From positions 11,750,485 through 11,814,484 of the forward strand of contig NC_134027.1 in assembly GCF_964204645.1 (NCBI RefSeq): a stretch of DNA of 64,000 nucleotides, given 5' to 3'. The stretch's first letter is position 1; each line of letters opens with the position of its first letter. A program made the translations under genes and the position numbers. The notes below the pieces were generated by a model, which saw only the letters and a program-made list of their open reading frames with translations, was not told the origin of the DNA and did not search any database. Origin of the DNA: Tubulanus polymorphus (lineage: Eukaryota; Animalia; Nemertea). Shown piece after piece: positions 1 to 54,720 of this stretch.

Positions 1-1351
1 TATAGCATTTTATATGAAGAGGAATTTTTGATGATATCAAGCCATTATCAAACAGCATGGTGTTACAATCAGGGCGATTTATGTACACCTGTTACCGGGG
101 ACCACTGCCGAGCCAGATCCCCCGAAAGCTACATTTTTATTATCTTTGAGGCATAACTAGAATGATTTGTATATCTTCGATGATTATACGCGGGTGTTTG
201 TGGGTTATCTTCTTCTGTTGGGGCTACACCTTAACATTCTTTTGGACCAAACGTAATGCGTGCTTTTGATGGAACGAGGTCTAATTTATATATGTGCGTC
301 ATTTGCGCTTTTAGTAATGGGCATGGGCATCAGGGGCGTCACTTTTTGAAGGGGTTCAGAATTATATTTTACACCGTATCCGCCGACCGCCGACGTTAAA
401 CGAGCATTTCTGAATTGGGGCGTTTTCTGGGCTTTTTAAGGCAAAATATTTATGAAATTACGGAATTACGGAATATGAATAAAATGAAAACATAGAAAAG
501 CTTATGAATTTATACTTGTTTGTATCAGTTACCTAACATTTCATTTTGTGCACCCCTGCACACTCTCCTTGAATCCGCCCCTGGGTTTTCGATCAGCCCA
601 AGGGCAAAAAGGAATTTTAGATCGAAAGAAATTTTAGGCGTACAATCCGCCTTTGGAAAGAGTTGGAAAAGATGTGTTTTCAGCCACAAATTTGTGTTTA
701 TCGAAGGGTTAATGTATATATAATGCGCATAGTTTTTTTCACTGATTGAATTAATCGAGATAATTTCCATCCTATAACCGCTATCGATAAACATGCCACT
801 AACACTTAGATCAGTCCCGTCTGGATGAAAGGCTCAATCGAGTATTTATCGTAGACATGTTTTTTTTTAAAGGTTGGCGCCTCAGGTCACCACTTACAGC
901 AAACGTGCGTCCTCTCCGCAGTGCAAATAATCTCGTATAATCATTCACCACCTTATTGCGGTTCCAAACTCTATTGGATAAAATATGAATCTGGTCCTCC
1001 AGTGAAGTTGGTATTTTCGTCTAGGGGTTATGCATATGACGTCACATTGTCATAGTCCGTCACACGCAGGTGACCAAAAGCTTGGAGTAATAATTTGACA
1101 GATGATTACTCCAAGCCAAAAGTAAGAATAATCGGTTGCCGGCCCAATATGGACGCCCTTATCGATGTCCTTGTTTTAGTTTTAGTTTTTATTTCATAAT
1201 CGTCGTCGACACGGACGAAATGGATACCTGGTAAAGCCTATAGGTGTCCAGATCATTTTGTAATTATCAGCTTTTAGGTGACAGGGGATTTCTAATTGCG
1301 ATGCTCTCAAAAATATCTGAAAATTAGTTCATGATAGACATTTAAGTAATA

Positions 1352-1441
1352 CAGTCAACCCCCGACATACCGCCCACATCGGTGCAGAACGATTTTGGCG
1401 GTATAGAGAGTATGGCATGGCAGTATATCGAGGGTTGACTG
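1352..1441. mobile_element. pogo/Tigger-like MITE
   Basis: TA|CAGTCAACCC...GGGTTGACTG. Confidence 0.6.
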
Positions 1442-1662
1442 TGTATTAGTTCATTGAGTATTTGATAAGTAATTTATATATCATTAGTTAAATAGAAAAC
1501 TGATATTTCTTTTAATGTAAAAACATAACTTGATTCTTTTTTTTTTTAAGTTGATTGGGAGAAATCTGGTGATTTACACGATTAGAATTAGTAATTTAAT
1601 TTGGAAATTTATTTGGTTATTCGTGATCACTTACATCGTTTCAATGATATTTATATTTGCAG

Positions 1663-2448
1663 ACGATGGGCTGTCACGTGTGTCGCCGCATTCTCAATTC
1701 AGACGACTTTTTGCCGCCGGAATTACACCGCCGACCTGTTGAAACTAAAGTAGATCTACAAGGCGAATGGGTCAGCTATCGATGCGAGACGCGCCCTATG
1801 GGTATGTTCCTGACCAGGCGATTCACTTTCGAGAACGACCGAAAAACCTGGCAAGGACACTACTATTATTTCATGGACCCTTTATGCAAAATTAAAGCGT
1901 TCACGCTGTTCGCCTGGGGCACTTATTACGCCGGTCGACGTTCGAGCGTCGTCGAAAATACTTGGAACTACGATTTCAAAGTTGCCCATTTATCCGTAAC
2001 TCCTAACGACAAATCCGTGGTGGAACATTTAACGCGAGATCGCAGTAAGGAAGGGTGTGGTCGAGCTGGACAATGGGAGATCGGCATTCAACAGGATATT
2101 ACGAACTCACGCGGATGCTTAGCCCTCGGTTTGAAGGTGCCTCATATAGAATATGAAATTTTGAATATCGAAAAAGTACACGAGAAACAATGGTTATATT
2201 TCGGGCAGCGACCGAGCGACGGCAGTTCGCCGATCACTCCCCGACAAAGACCGACTTCTTTCCAGTTTCCGATGGTCCAATGCGGCCGCGTTGAGTCTAG
2301 GAATCGGATCGGGCGTCAGGGACAAACCGCCGCTATGCTAGCCACCGACGAACGACGATCGAACACCGCGGCAGCAGGTATCGGCATTTTGTCTATGACG
2401 GGGATTCTGATCCCGTTGATCATGACATTTACGTTATTACTTTCGTAG
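1663..2448 (+). CDS. APCDD1: APCDD1-like protein, last coding exon (second APCDD1 domain plus C-terminal hydrophobic anchor); upstream exons lie outside the window or were not recognised
   Basis: Acceptor ttgcAG at 1661-1662. Translation GEWVSYRCETRPMGMFLTRRFTF...W.GHYY.F.DP.C...GCLALGLKVPHIEYEI...GQRPSDGSSP..P..RPTSFQFPMVQC matches the APCDD1 repeat; TAG at 2446-2448. Confidence 0.9.
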   Translation, partial: TMGCHVCRRILNSDDFLPPELHRRPVETKVDLQGEWVSYRCETRPMGMFLTRRFTFENDRKTWQGHYYYFMDPLCKIKAFTLFAWGTYYAGRRSSVVENTWNYDFKVAHLSVTPNDKSVVEHLTRDRSKEGCGRAGQWEIGIQQDITNSRGCLALGLKVPHIEYEILNIEKVHEKQWLYFGQRPSDGSSPITPRQRPTSFQFPMVQCGRVESRNRIGRQGQTAAMLATDERRSNTAAAGIGILSMTGILIPLIMTFTLLLS

Positions 2449-2767
2449 ATCAACGTTTCGCGTAGTGTAACATCGTCGAGAGATATTCTGATACACAGAG
2501 ATGGCAGCATAGATGAGTAGATCCAGAAACGGACAAAAATCAGTACATCGTCTGCGATCTGCTTATAGAAGAAGTTTCGAATATAATTATCTCAGGAGAT
2601 TTGCGTTATACAGATTATATTTTAATTAGTCTAAGTATTATATATATTTATATAGTGAAATGTATTTCAACGCTTTTCGTCTGGAATCAACCGATGTTTT
2701 TCAAGCCGCACGTGGCTGCGCGGTATGTTTTAAGAGCGAACACAACTTTACATCACGCTATTTTCTA

Positions 2768-2773
2768 AATAAA
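2768..2773 (+). terminator. Candidate polyadenylation signal AATAAA for APCDD1
   Basis: AATAAA about 320 nt after the stop codon in an AT-rich, UTR-like sequence; use not verified. Confidence 0.35.
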
Positions 2774-4687
2774 AAAACTATTTTAGGCGTTTATGTACCG
2801 GTGTGTAAGAAAAAATTGATATTTTCTTTGATGGCGATCGGTAATTAACCCATTGTCGAGTGTAGTAAAGGTTTATTCAGAAAATACAAAATACGTTTAG
2901 ATGACGGCGCAGCATGTGAATGAAATATCGAGATTGTATAAGACACAGCACAAGCTTTGCCATTCCGGCTTGCCAGGGTTTGATTGCCCAAGATTTCTTG
3001 GACGAAAAGGTTGCCACTAAGCGGTCACCAGTCTGTATATCTAGCCAATCACATAAGTAACGAATTAAACTGGTTTCCGGTCTCTATCTTCAATTAGAGT
3101 GACAGGCAACCAGTCTGCCAGTGAAATACAACGCTGATTGGCTTAGTAGACCGTTGGCCGCTTAGCGGCAACCTGTCCGCCCGAAATCTTGAGCAATGTA
3201 AGAGTCCAATGAAGGTTTTGCGGCCAGGGCTTTGATAGCTCACGCCGACACAAACCCTGGCCGCAAACTATTCATTGGACTTAAACATTGCCCAAGATTT
3301 CAAGCGAGGATGGAGCTACGCATCAGTATATCTTTCCTATAGGCTCTTTCAAAAATTCTTAAGTCTTTAGTTCTGTTCACTAAAAAAAACCATACTCATC
3401 ATGACCACAAAGTTCCTATTAGCTTGTGGTGCGAGGTCATGTCTTCTGTGTTTAATAAGATATATTTTCAATATATGAACAAAAATAAACCTATTATCAA
3501 AAGTCAGCGCGCGGTTCCATTCTTCTTCAGTTGTCTCTAAGCGGATTTCATTCGAAACGTACAAATCCATTATTCAAACTAAACGTATAAATATATAATA
3601 AGCGATGACACCTTTGAAATGTTTGCACCACGCAAAAAACGGTCAATTGCCACCTAAAAACTTCAAAGAGCTGGATCCAGGTACAAGAGCGCTTCAGAAT
3701 TGTTGAAAAAGGAGGTAAAACAACTTCAAGTCCGCGATGAAAGGATTTGAAAGCGAATCGATGATAGTTGTGACAAGACTCATAAAATATACAGCGTGCC
3801 CCGGAAAATGGTTTATAGTTATCAATCTGTTTTTGATTAGACAGTTAATCAGATAAAATATCGTGCGATTAAGATATATAAGGATGTTTGTTTTCTCGGT
3901 AAAAGACTTGAGGTAAATATCGCCTTTCCTGTGCAGTATTGAATTCAAGATGGCAACCAGACAGGTTGCTCGCGAGACCAGAACTTCGAAAGCTTGAATT
4001 AAGCGGTTTAATTCGAATTAATTTTTTTTCTCTTCCCGCAGAAGCCAATTCAATATCGCATCGCCTTCAACGAAGATTGTCGACATTCTTAGCCGATATT
4101 TTGGAAACGAATGTGACGCTGTATTTTCTGAGAGAAGAACCTTGATAAGGAATTTCATAATTTCTCCATTGGCACACAGACTTTAAAACGGAGTCTTAGG
4201 TTGAAACCGCTAATAATACTCACAACGATGTAGTTATTTCGAAGTGAAGTCACATTATTTGAAACAGTGAAAAGGTATAGGAATATCCTTAGTGACAAAA
4301 TTGGCTATTTCATTATTACTACACTGCGCATATTGTATTATCAAGTCGGTTCCGGGAGCATCTTCACTATCAATCTTTAATTCATTACTGTACAGTCATA
4401 TGCATCATTATAATGCCCTGAAATCTTCTACCCAGATCGTATAATATCATAAATCACACAGAGTTATAACTAATTATCCAATCAATGAGAAATATGTTAT
4501 TAGTAACCAAACTGACTGCCATTTTTTGGGACACACAAGTTGAGTCCACGGTATTAGTAAGCTAATGGTGCAGTGAATTGTGTTCCTTTTCTGTAGTCTA
4601 CGTCCAAACCCATTGGATTACTCTCCGAAATATTCATAATACATGTAGTTCTATCAGTAAGATCACAATATCCGTGATGCATGTACA

Positions 4688-4868
4688 ATGAATGTAAAAT
4701 CCCACAATCGATGAAAGAATAGAAAAATTACTGAAATATTAGAAATATTTCGGTCAGTCTAAAATGATATGACAAATGAATAAACAGAATATAAGGGTAG
4801 CATATAATATTTCTAATATTTTGATAAGCTTTTTTAGTTTTTCATCAATCGTGGGATTTTACATTCAT
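4688..4868. mobile_element. Foldback MITE (related copy near 60300-60500)
   Basis: TIR ATGAATGTAAAATCCCAC.AT.GATGAAA / TTTCATC.AT.GTGGGATTTTACATTCAT. Confidence 0.6.
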
Positions 4869-6514
4869 AAAAATTCTACATTGCAATCAATTAAACTATG
4901 GACTCTAGAATCCACGTAAGCCATTCTACGAATGATGAACTAGTTTTTCAATCATTCTGGTGGCGAAGCGCAATGCATTTGACCATGGACTAGTATTATA
5001 TAGAGTCCATGGTTTCACGTATATCTAATGGAACTTGGACGTTCGAATGAAGTCGATCAGTTCATGTACATAGAAAAATTATTAAGATTGACACGGTAGG
5101 TCTCTCTCAAGGGTCCTCCAGGAGCTCAAGAGGCCATTTAGGGAAGAAAAGCTGTATTTACAAATTGTACATTACGCTATTATATCACCTGCCCTAGTGA
5201 CCGTCATTTTTCGATGAAATAGTTACTGAGATAAGATTCCACGTACACACGTTTCTATCATTTGCCATTTATCATGCAAATGTATCGACTGTAGGAACCA
5301 AACGTGGGATAAAAGCCATTTGCGTAAGATTCAATCTTTAGCCTGAATCTTCAAAGTGTGGGTCATCATCTTTTAATTTCAATGATATCTATAAATACAG
5401 TCAGTCAACCACAGCCCTAAAGAAAAAATTGCCCCAGCTGAACGTTGACAGAAACCATTGACCTTGAAACTCACCACAATCATAGAACGTGTGATGAGCT
5501 TTGCTGGAAATACCATGTTAATCCACCATTTATCGCCCCCTGGTATACATATAATGAAATAAATTACCTTGTAACTCAACAAAATATGCACAGGCGCCAA
5601 TATATCTTGAAATACCATGTTAATCCACCATATGCGCCCTGGTGTACATATGGATGAAAGAATGGACGAAAATTGAACACAATAGCTCTTTAGAATGGTC
5701 ACGTTTAAAATGTTACTACATATGCTGAAAATTAGGAACAAAACAACACTTTTTTCCAGTCACATTTAATAATCATATTTTCTTATAAACGTTAACATCT
5801 ATACTTCTCATCGTTTAATTGTTTAATATTTACAAATTTTACACATTAAATGTCTATGCACATGATTTTGACGAATCGTAACAAACGAACGTTAATAACT
5901 TTCTATATATAATTATTCGATCTAACAAACATTTAACAAAAACGTCGACAAACTATATTCAAACGATAAAAGAACTTTTTTAACAGATTCAAAACTAGCA
6001 CGCGAATATTACATGGATCATTAAGAATTATAAGGATTAAGTTCAAAAACGGCGGTTTAATTCAAATGCCTCCAAAGCAAGAGATGATCGAAAATTGTAT
6101 AGATTGAAAATTGCCTGGACAAGACAATATTGAGAACATTTTTGGGCGAAAATCTAAATACTTGGCTTATTTCGGACAAATTCATGGAATTAAAAAGCAG
6201 AAAATAATTTAAACTCCCTAACATAAATGATCTTGTTTACGAGCCTGAAAAAGATATCTTGCAATCATTTTGAAGTCAAAAGCTTTAGCTATCCCAAGAA
6301 CTACTAGGACACCGGTTCTATGCACTCAAATGGAGAAATGCAAATTTCTATCCAAAACCCTCCGATTCTATCGACAATCATAGCAGTAAACATAACATTC
6401 CATCTATCGAGTACGAATGACCTTCTCTAAATCAGAATGCAATATGATAAATACGTTTGACGAAGAGATTAAATACATGCATGATGACAATATCGTGAAT
6501 TTGTTTTATCAGTA

Positions 6515-6678
6515 CGGTAAACCTCGCCTTACTCTGACACGGTCAACTTGCACTCATGACTAACTCGGACAAAAAGGAAATAATTTTCTAATGCATTTTC
6601 CTATCCTTAATTCAGAATCCACTGACCTTGAACTGATTTAGTCAGTCCTGGTTTGTCCGTGTAAGGCGAGGTTAACTG
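6515..6678. mobile_element. pogo/Tigger-like MITE with TA TSD
   Basis: TA|CGGTAAACCTCGCCTTAC...GTAAGGCGAGGTTAACTG|TA. Confidence 0.65.
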
Positions 6679-6716
6679 TATTTAGTTTGACTAGAATATT
6701 TCAATTACCACGCTCG

Positions 6717-6722
<6 letters not shown>

Positions 6723-6791
<69 letters not shown>
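6723..6791. repeat. (TA)n microsatellite
   Basis: About 34 TA units. Confidence 0.95.
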
Positions 6792-6794
<3 letters not shown>

Positions 6795-9700
6795 ACATAT
6801 ACATACAATCAAAAATACATTACGTATTTTCTATACAATACATTAGTTTAATACAATATGTTACATGTATATCACAATGTTCTAAAAGGTTATGGATTCT
6901 ACTAACACGCGGCCCAGTTTCATGACAAAAGTTAAACTCATATATCTTCGATCGATTTCAATAAGCACAAACATTTAAGAGGCCAGGCCCGCACTTCAAG
7001 GGGTTTGCTTATCGTTGATGGTCCGCTCGAACACTGGCACTGGCCTAAAGAAAATTTGAAGCATCGATTTAACAACATCCATTCATTGGCAACACTTTTT
7101 CTTTTAGTTCTCATTCCACTTTCGTGAAAATTGAACCCCTCCCCGAGACAGGGCTGTTTACAGGCCCGAATATGGTTAAAATCTTTCATAAAACTAGACC
7201 TTGTTAAATAGACCCTACAAACCTTTCATATTTCTTAGTATTCTAGGAAATCTAAGACTAGTATTGAGAGTACAGGCGCTAAAATATGCAGATATACAGC
7301 AGTTATGCGGTATGTCAATGAAAAGAAAATAACATTATTCAAATGCATAGATATCCGGGCATTTCATTTAGTCATACTATTTAGTATTACCATGGGGAGG
7401 TGTGTGAGAATGATGTATGATTGGAGTGAACATTCTCTCCCATCTCCCTGGTTTAACACACAGCACACCCGCCCAACACAGCATTTGAGTCTCTATCACA
7501 GATCCTCCATCTGGTACAGCTCCTTAGTAATGGATTATTAATATGCGATGTTTTTGAAGTAACCATCAAAAATTACAATTTCTAATTCTGTACAGTCAGA
7601 TTAAACCAACAACACTGGTAGAACGCAACACTGCAGTTGATTTTGACCAGGGAGCAGGTGCTTACAAGTTGGTCGCAGGTAACTGGCGGATAACTGGCAA
7701 AATGAAAATCCAAACTGCACCAAATTCTGAGTAACTGGCCACAGTCTTAAGAGTCAAACCTCATCTAGCAGTCAAGGTAAAAGGTACCCGAGGTAAAATT
7801 CCCAAATCTACCAATGAAGGTATAGAACACCCGTTTCCAATCTTTAACCCTTTCAGTGCGTATACAACACAGTGCGGTGAATAGATCAGTGATGGACTTT
7901 GGTAGTACACCGTGGTGCAGTGTATTGGTGTAATTTGTTTTTATCACTCTTGAAAGATGGCAGCACCTGTCAAACACAGTGAAATGTATTAGTAATGATA
8001 CGCCGCACCACGGTGTAGACACACCATAGTTGTATGCCTGTTAATCAACACATTAGGGAGGAATTTTTCAAAATTTTCAAATTATCTCCAGCAGTTTCGG
8101 TCTGCGTGTGATAGCGGCTTAAGTTCTATTCTAACGTTCCCATTAATGTGACTCATTAAAGTATCATTTCAGCAGAAAAAAATCATTGAAGGAGATAATA
8201 TCCAATGCAATCGAAGTACGAATGCAATTCATTTCAGTTGCAGGTAACTAAACTCTTACAGAGCTAATTTTGAAACGACGTACTGTTGATTATTACAACA
8301 ATCATTTAGAGCTTGGGCTAGAGGTAAAAACCGATAAGAAATTATTTCTATGCAAATGAAGGAATTGCTTATAGGATCGCGAATATCCATTATATAATAC
8401 AGCATAGGACATGTTATAGATGGAAGACACTGTATCGACATATGCACTGTATTTGTGCTTGTTTTGAAAATTTTGAAAGTGTTATTGTGTGTTTAAATTC
8501 TTTACACTTCTTCCTATAATATACTTTTCGCTTTCCACGAAATAAACTTTAACAAAGTTTTCAGGAATGTCCAGCTAAAATTGTTTTATTACCTAGGTTT
8601 AAAACACTCATAATTTGCAGTAGTAATAGAATTGCTGTGTAATACATAGTGAGCATTTACGTACATTCGACTATAAACTATAATCAAATCAGTCACACAC
8701 TGAAAATCTGGTGAAAACCAGTCAGTTGTGGAAACTAGTCTTGAGATCCACAGCACGTTCAACAATGGCAACAGGAATGTGTAATCTAGCAAAAATTCTA
8801 GAGGGCGTCTGAGTAATTTTGTCGATGTATGCGACACTTACTCTTCTAACACTAAAGACATCCCAGTATTTGGGTGCCGCCCGCATTCAGCTAACTTATA
8901 ATGAAGGCACTTATTCCGCTTCCAGTTCTACCGCTAGATGTGCAATCCTGCACATATAGATGTACATCTACATTTCTCATATGCAAGGGTTCATTACACA
9001 TGCAAGTGGGTTTCAAGTAGCTAAATAACAAGTTAGAGCCTCACAGATGAAGAGAAATTCTGAAAACGACATTTTCGGGAATGTACCGCTAAAATGTTTC
9101 ATTATCTACTTTAGGCTGACACTGATGATGAGCAGTGGTAATAGAAATGCGGTAAAACAAATTATGAGCATTTACAAGATCTAACAAAGAAGCCGGGGGT
9201 TGGAATGATTTGCAACTAATATATACTTTCCTATAAGACAAACTTGACATTAATCAACAACTAATGGAATGTCATAATGGAAAGTCCATACAAGTAGCTA
9301 AGAAATGTGGACTCTGAAATAATAAGTTTCAAGTCAAGGTTATATGAAAAGTCTTGGTACCAAGGTGACATTTTTTCTATCAGAAACTAAGCGTCCAGGG
9401 ACACCTCACTTGGTGAAATGCATAAAATTTTGATAATTTCAATTTTCAATACCCCCGGTGAACAAATATATCAATCAATAACCATGAAACTCACTACAAT
9501 CATGGAACATTCACACCTGAAAATTGCCTCTAGAGAAAGTCCAAATGTAGTATCTTTTATCTTTAAATTTGTAAATAGTGGGTTTTAAACTTATCATCTA
9601 TTCTCCACGTCAAAGTTTGGCTATTCTACTAAATGTAAAAAAAGTCAAATTCAGCGAACAACGGCCTCCAGTCAGTCATCTTGATTACGATCAAGCCAGT

Positions 9701-10327
9701 ATTTCAGGCAGCAGTTTATCTAGGCTGGCTACATCTACACACTAAATATCAAGTGATCTATTTAAGTGTCATCAAAATTTCCCAAAATAACTGGATTCCG
9801 ACTACGGACAAAAAGCTTCATCTGTCCATGTTAACCCATGTTTCATTTAGGTGTCTGCATCGTGCTCTGGTGGCTCATTAGGTTAGAGTGCTGTTCTGCC
9901 ATTCTGCTGGTTAAGCGTTCGATTTTCAACTTGAAATAATTTCAAACTTGAGCGCATATGTGCATGCGTACTTCAACTAAAACGCGTATACATGTACTCA
10001 CAGATACTTCCGATTCTCTCATAGGAAAACAATTAATGGTGCACAGCTCACCTGACGCCATTCCAACTAGCGCAAATTGTTCGTGGCATCATCAGCACAT
10101 GCGAATGAAGGAAGCATTTAACGAAAATGTTGAATCCAAATCCGTTCACATCACGTAATCAAATCACGTAAGAATTCAAATTTGTTAGAACACAAACTCA
10201 CTATTGTGATCATTCTCGTAAATAACGTTTAGCAGCTACGTTCCATGGTTTAACCAAGGCATATATATATATATATTTATATATATTGATATACAATATT
10301 CAAGTTCTCTCTAAACAGGAATCGACG

Positions 10328-52978
<42,651 letters not shown>

Positions 52979-53804
52979 CGTGGTGTAGGCCTATGTATTT
53001 ATCTAAAACTAAACCATATTAACCAGTAAATATTCAAAACCATTCGTACAATCACCGCACAAAAACAGGCTGACCCTATCAAATTTCCTGAGGATTTGTC
53101 TTTTGTGATGTGATTAGGCCTAATAAATCGAGTTAAATCCCAGGTCCAAGTTTCACAAATTAGGGGTCCAGAGACCATGCCCAATTGATGAAATGCTTGA
53201 GAATTTAAATATTCAACACCCACTAGTCAACAAATACAGTAAATCAATCGAAACATGTTTAAATGATGTTTTACATGAGAGTAGAGTTTGTCTTTTTTGT
53301 GAAACTGAACCAGGAGCTTAGGGGTTCGAAGTTGCAACTGGGCTAAAACCAGCCCCTAGATGATAGGGCTTCTGATAATTAGCTTATAACCGCGTAAGCG
53401 TCATATCATTTTAAGACGAATTGCTTTTATCGGTCATATAGCCCTTAGGTAGTGATATTTACATGATCCCATCAGGTTCAATAATCCCTGTCAGAGGGAA
53501 GACGATCCAAATTAACACAGGTTTCAGATCATTTGGATTCACAAGCAATTCTGTATCTGTATATGTTGGTCGCGACATTCACATATGACATTAACGGTGA
53601 TGAGAGGGTAGAGCAGCATGGTTACTGATCGAATTTAGCCTACCCCTTAGGGGCAGCAGATATTTTATAAGGGGTGGCTGATTTTCAGAGGGTTGGATGT
53701 AAAAATCAGGAAGGTGGCCGCACCTCTTAAACCTGCTGTGGAGAACACTACAAGAGTTGGAATATTCTATCGAGCAAGGAATTAATGGGCTGCTGCTGAT
53801 AATA

Positions 53805-54178
53805 CGCAGCGGCTACTCGTACGGATTACTCTGGAGGCAATTCGGAACTAGGATCTTTACGCTAATAACTGTCGCTGATTAACGCTGCGCATGCGTACAG
53901 AGGTGCGCGACTTAGAAAATTCAAGGAAAGTGTGGAGAATAGAGAGAGAAAAATAGAGCGGATCGAGCGTGACTCGAACCCGGGTCAGTAAATTACTAGC
54001 GCAGCATCATACCACTAGACCACCGAGCTCGCTGACAAGTCGGCCAAATGTTTTAACTACATATAGCCCCACCTTACCCTAACCCTATCCCTTCCCGTAA
54101 GAACCAGAGTAATCCCTACAGGTGCGTACGAATAGCCTACGGAATTATTCGTACGGGTCCGAAAGAGTAGCCACTCCG
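53805..54178. mobile_element. TIR element with 9-bp TSD (Mutator-like) carrying a tRNA-like segment
   Basis: TSD CTGATAATA at 53796-53804 and 54179-54187; TIR CGCAGCGGCTACTC / GAGTAGCCACTCCG. Confidence 0.7.
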
Positions 54179-54432
54179 CTGATAATAACCTCATCATCAC
54201 CATCATCTTCTAACTAACTATTCAGATTTCTACACAGATTTCTTTAGGAAGGATACCAAAAGGAGAGGGTATATATGACTTGCTTTTATCGAACATCTAA
54301 GATTTGAATAGGCCTTATTGACAAGCCACTGGGCCACTGACTGCTACCAAATGATTATTCAATCCTAAAAAAAATCTATTGGGAGGTGATCTGTGATATG
54401 ATGGTCAATCGAATCCTTGATTTTTCAGTTAC

Positions 54433-54580
54433 CTTTCAATCCCACGCCACAAATTTATTTACTATCAATATTCTAACGTTACAACGGACCGGTGTTTGCA
54501 AGTAACTAAACAAGCAGCGCAGACATGATCGATTCTAAAGGGAGAATTTTGACAGATTTGACATCCAGACCATATCGGAT
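54433..54580 (-). other. WDR7: Putative non-coding first exon (5' UTR) of WDR7; 5' boundary approximate
   Basis: Donor GAAAG|GTAACT at 54432-54431 on the minus strand; the ATG exon is preceded by an acceptor (ttttAG at 53004-53003), which requires an upstream exon. Confidence 0.45.
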
Positions 54581-54720
54581 TCATAAATTTATGTACGAAA
54601 CGAACAACACCCGGAAGTAAATGGTAGCGTAACCTAGCGCTACAAGAAATAGATCATGCATTTGATGGACGTGGGATTCCCTTATAGTAGAGGGTTCGAT
54701 TGTCAATCGTTGAGAATGAT
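54580..54720. promoter_or_regulatory. Putative bidirectional promoter shared by WDR7 (-) and PLC-gamma (+), with ETS/GABP-type motif CCGGAAGT at 54611-54618
   Basis: Divergent donor sites at 54432 (-) and 54851 (+) flank about 400 bp of non-repetitive sequence containing CCGGAAGT. Confidence 0.5.

Noticed and set aside
10050-10100. Hairpin in the WDR7 3' UTR as a SECIS element
   Set aside because: It lacks the GA tandem pair on the 3' side, and the reconstructed WDR7 CDS showed no in-frame TGA.
53958-54030. Functional tRNA gene
   Set aside because: A and B boxes are present, but I could not fold a convincing cloverleaf with an acceptor stem, and it is embedded in a TIR element.
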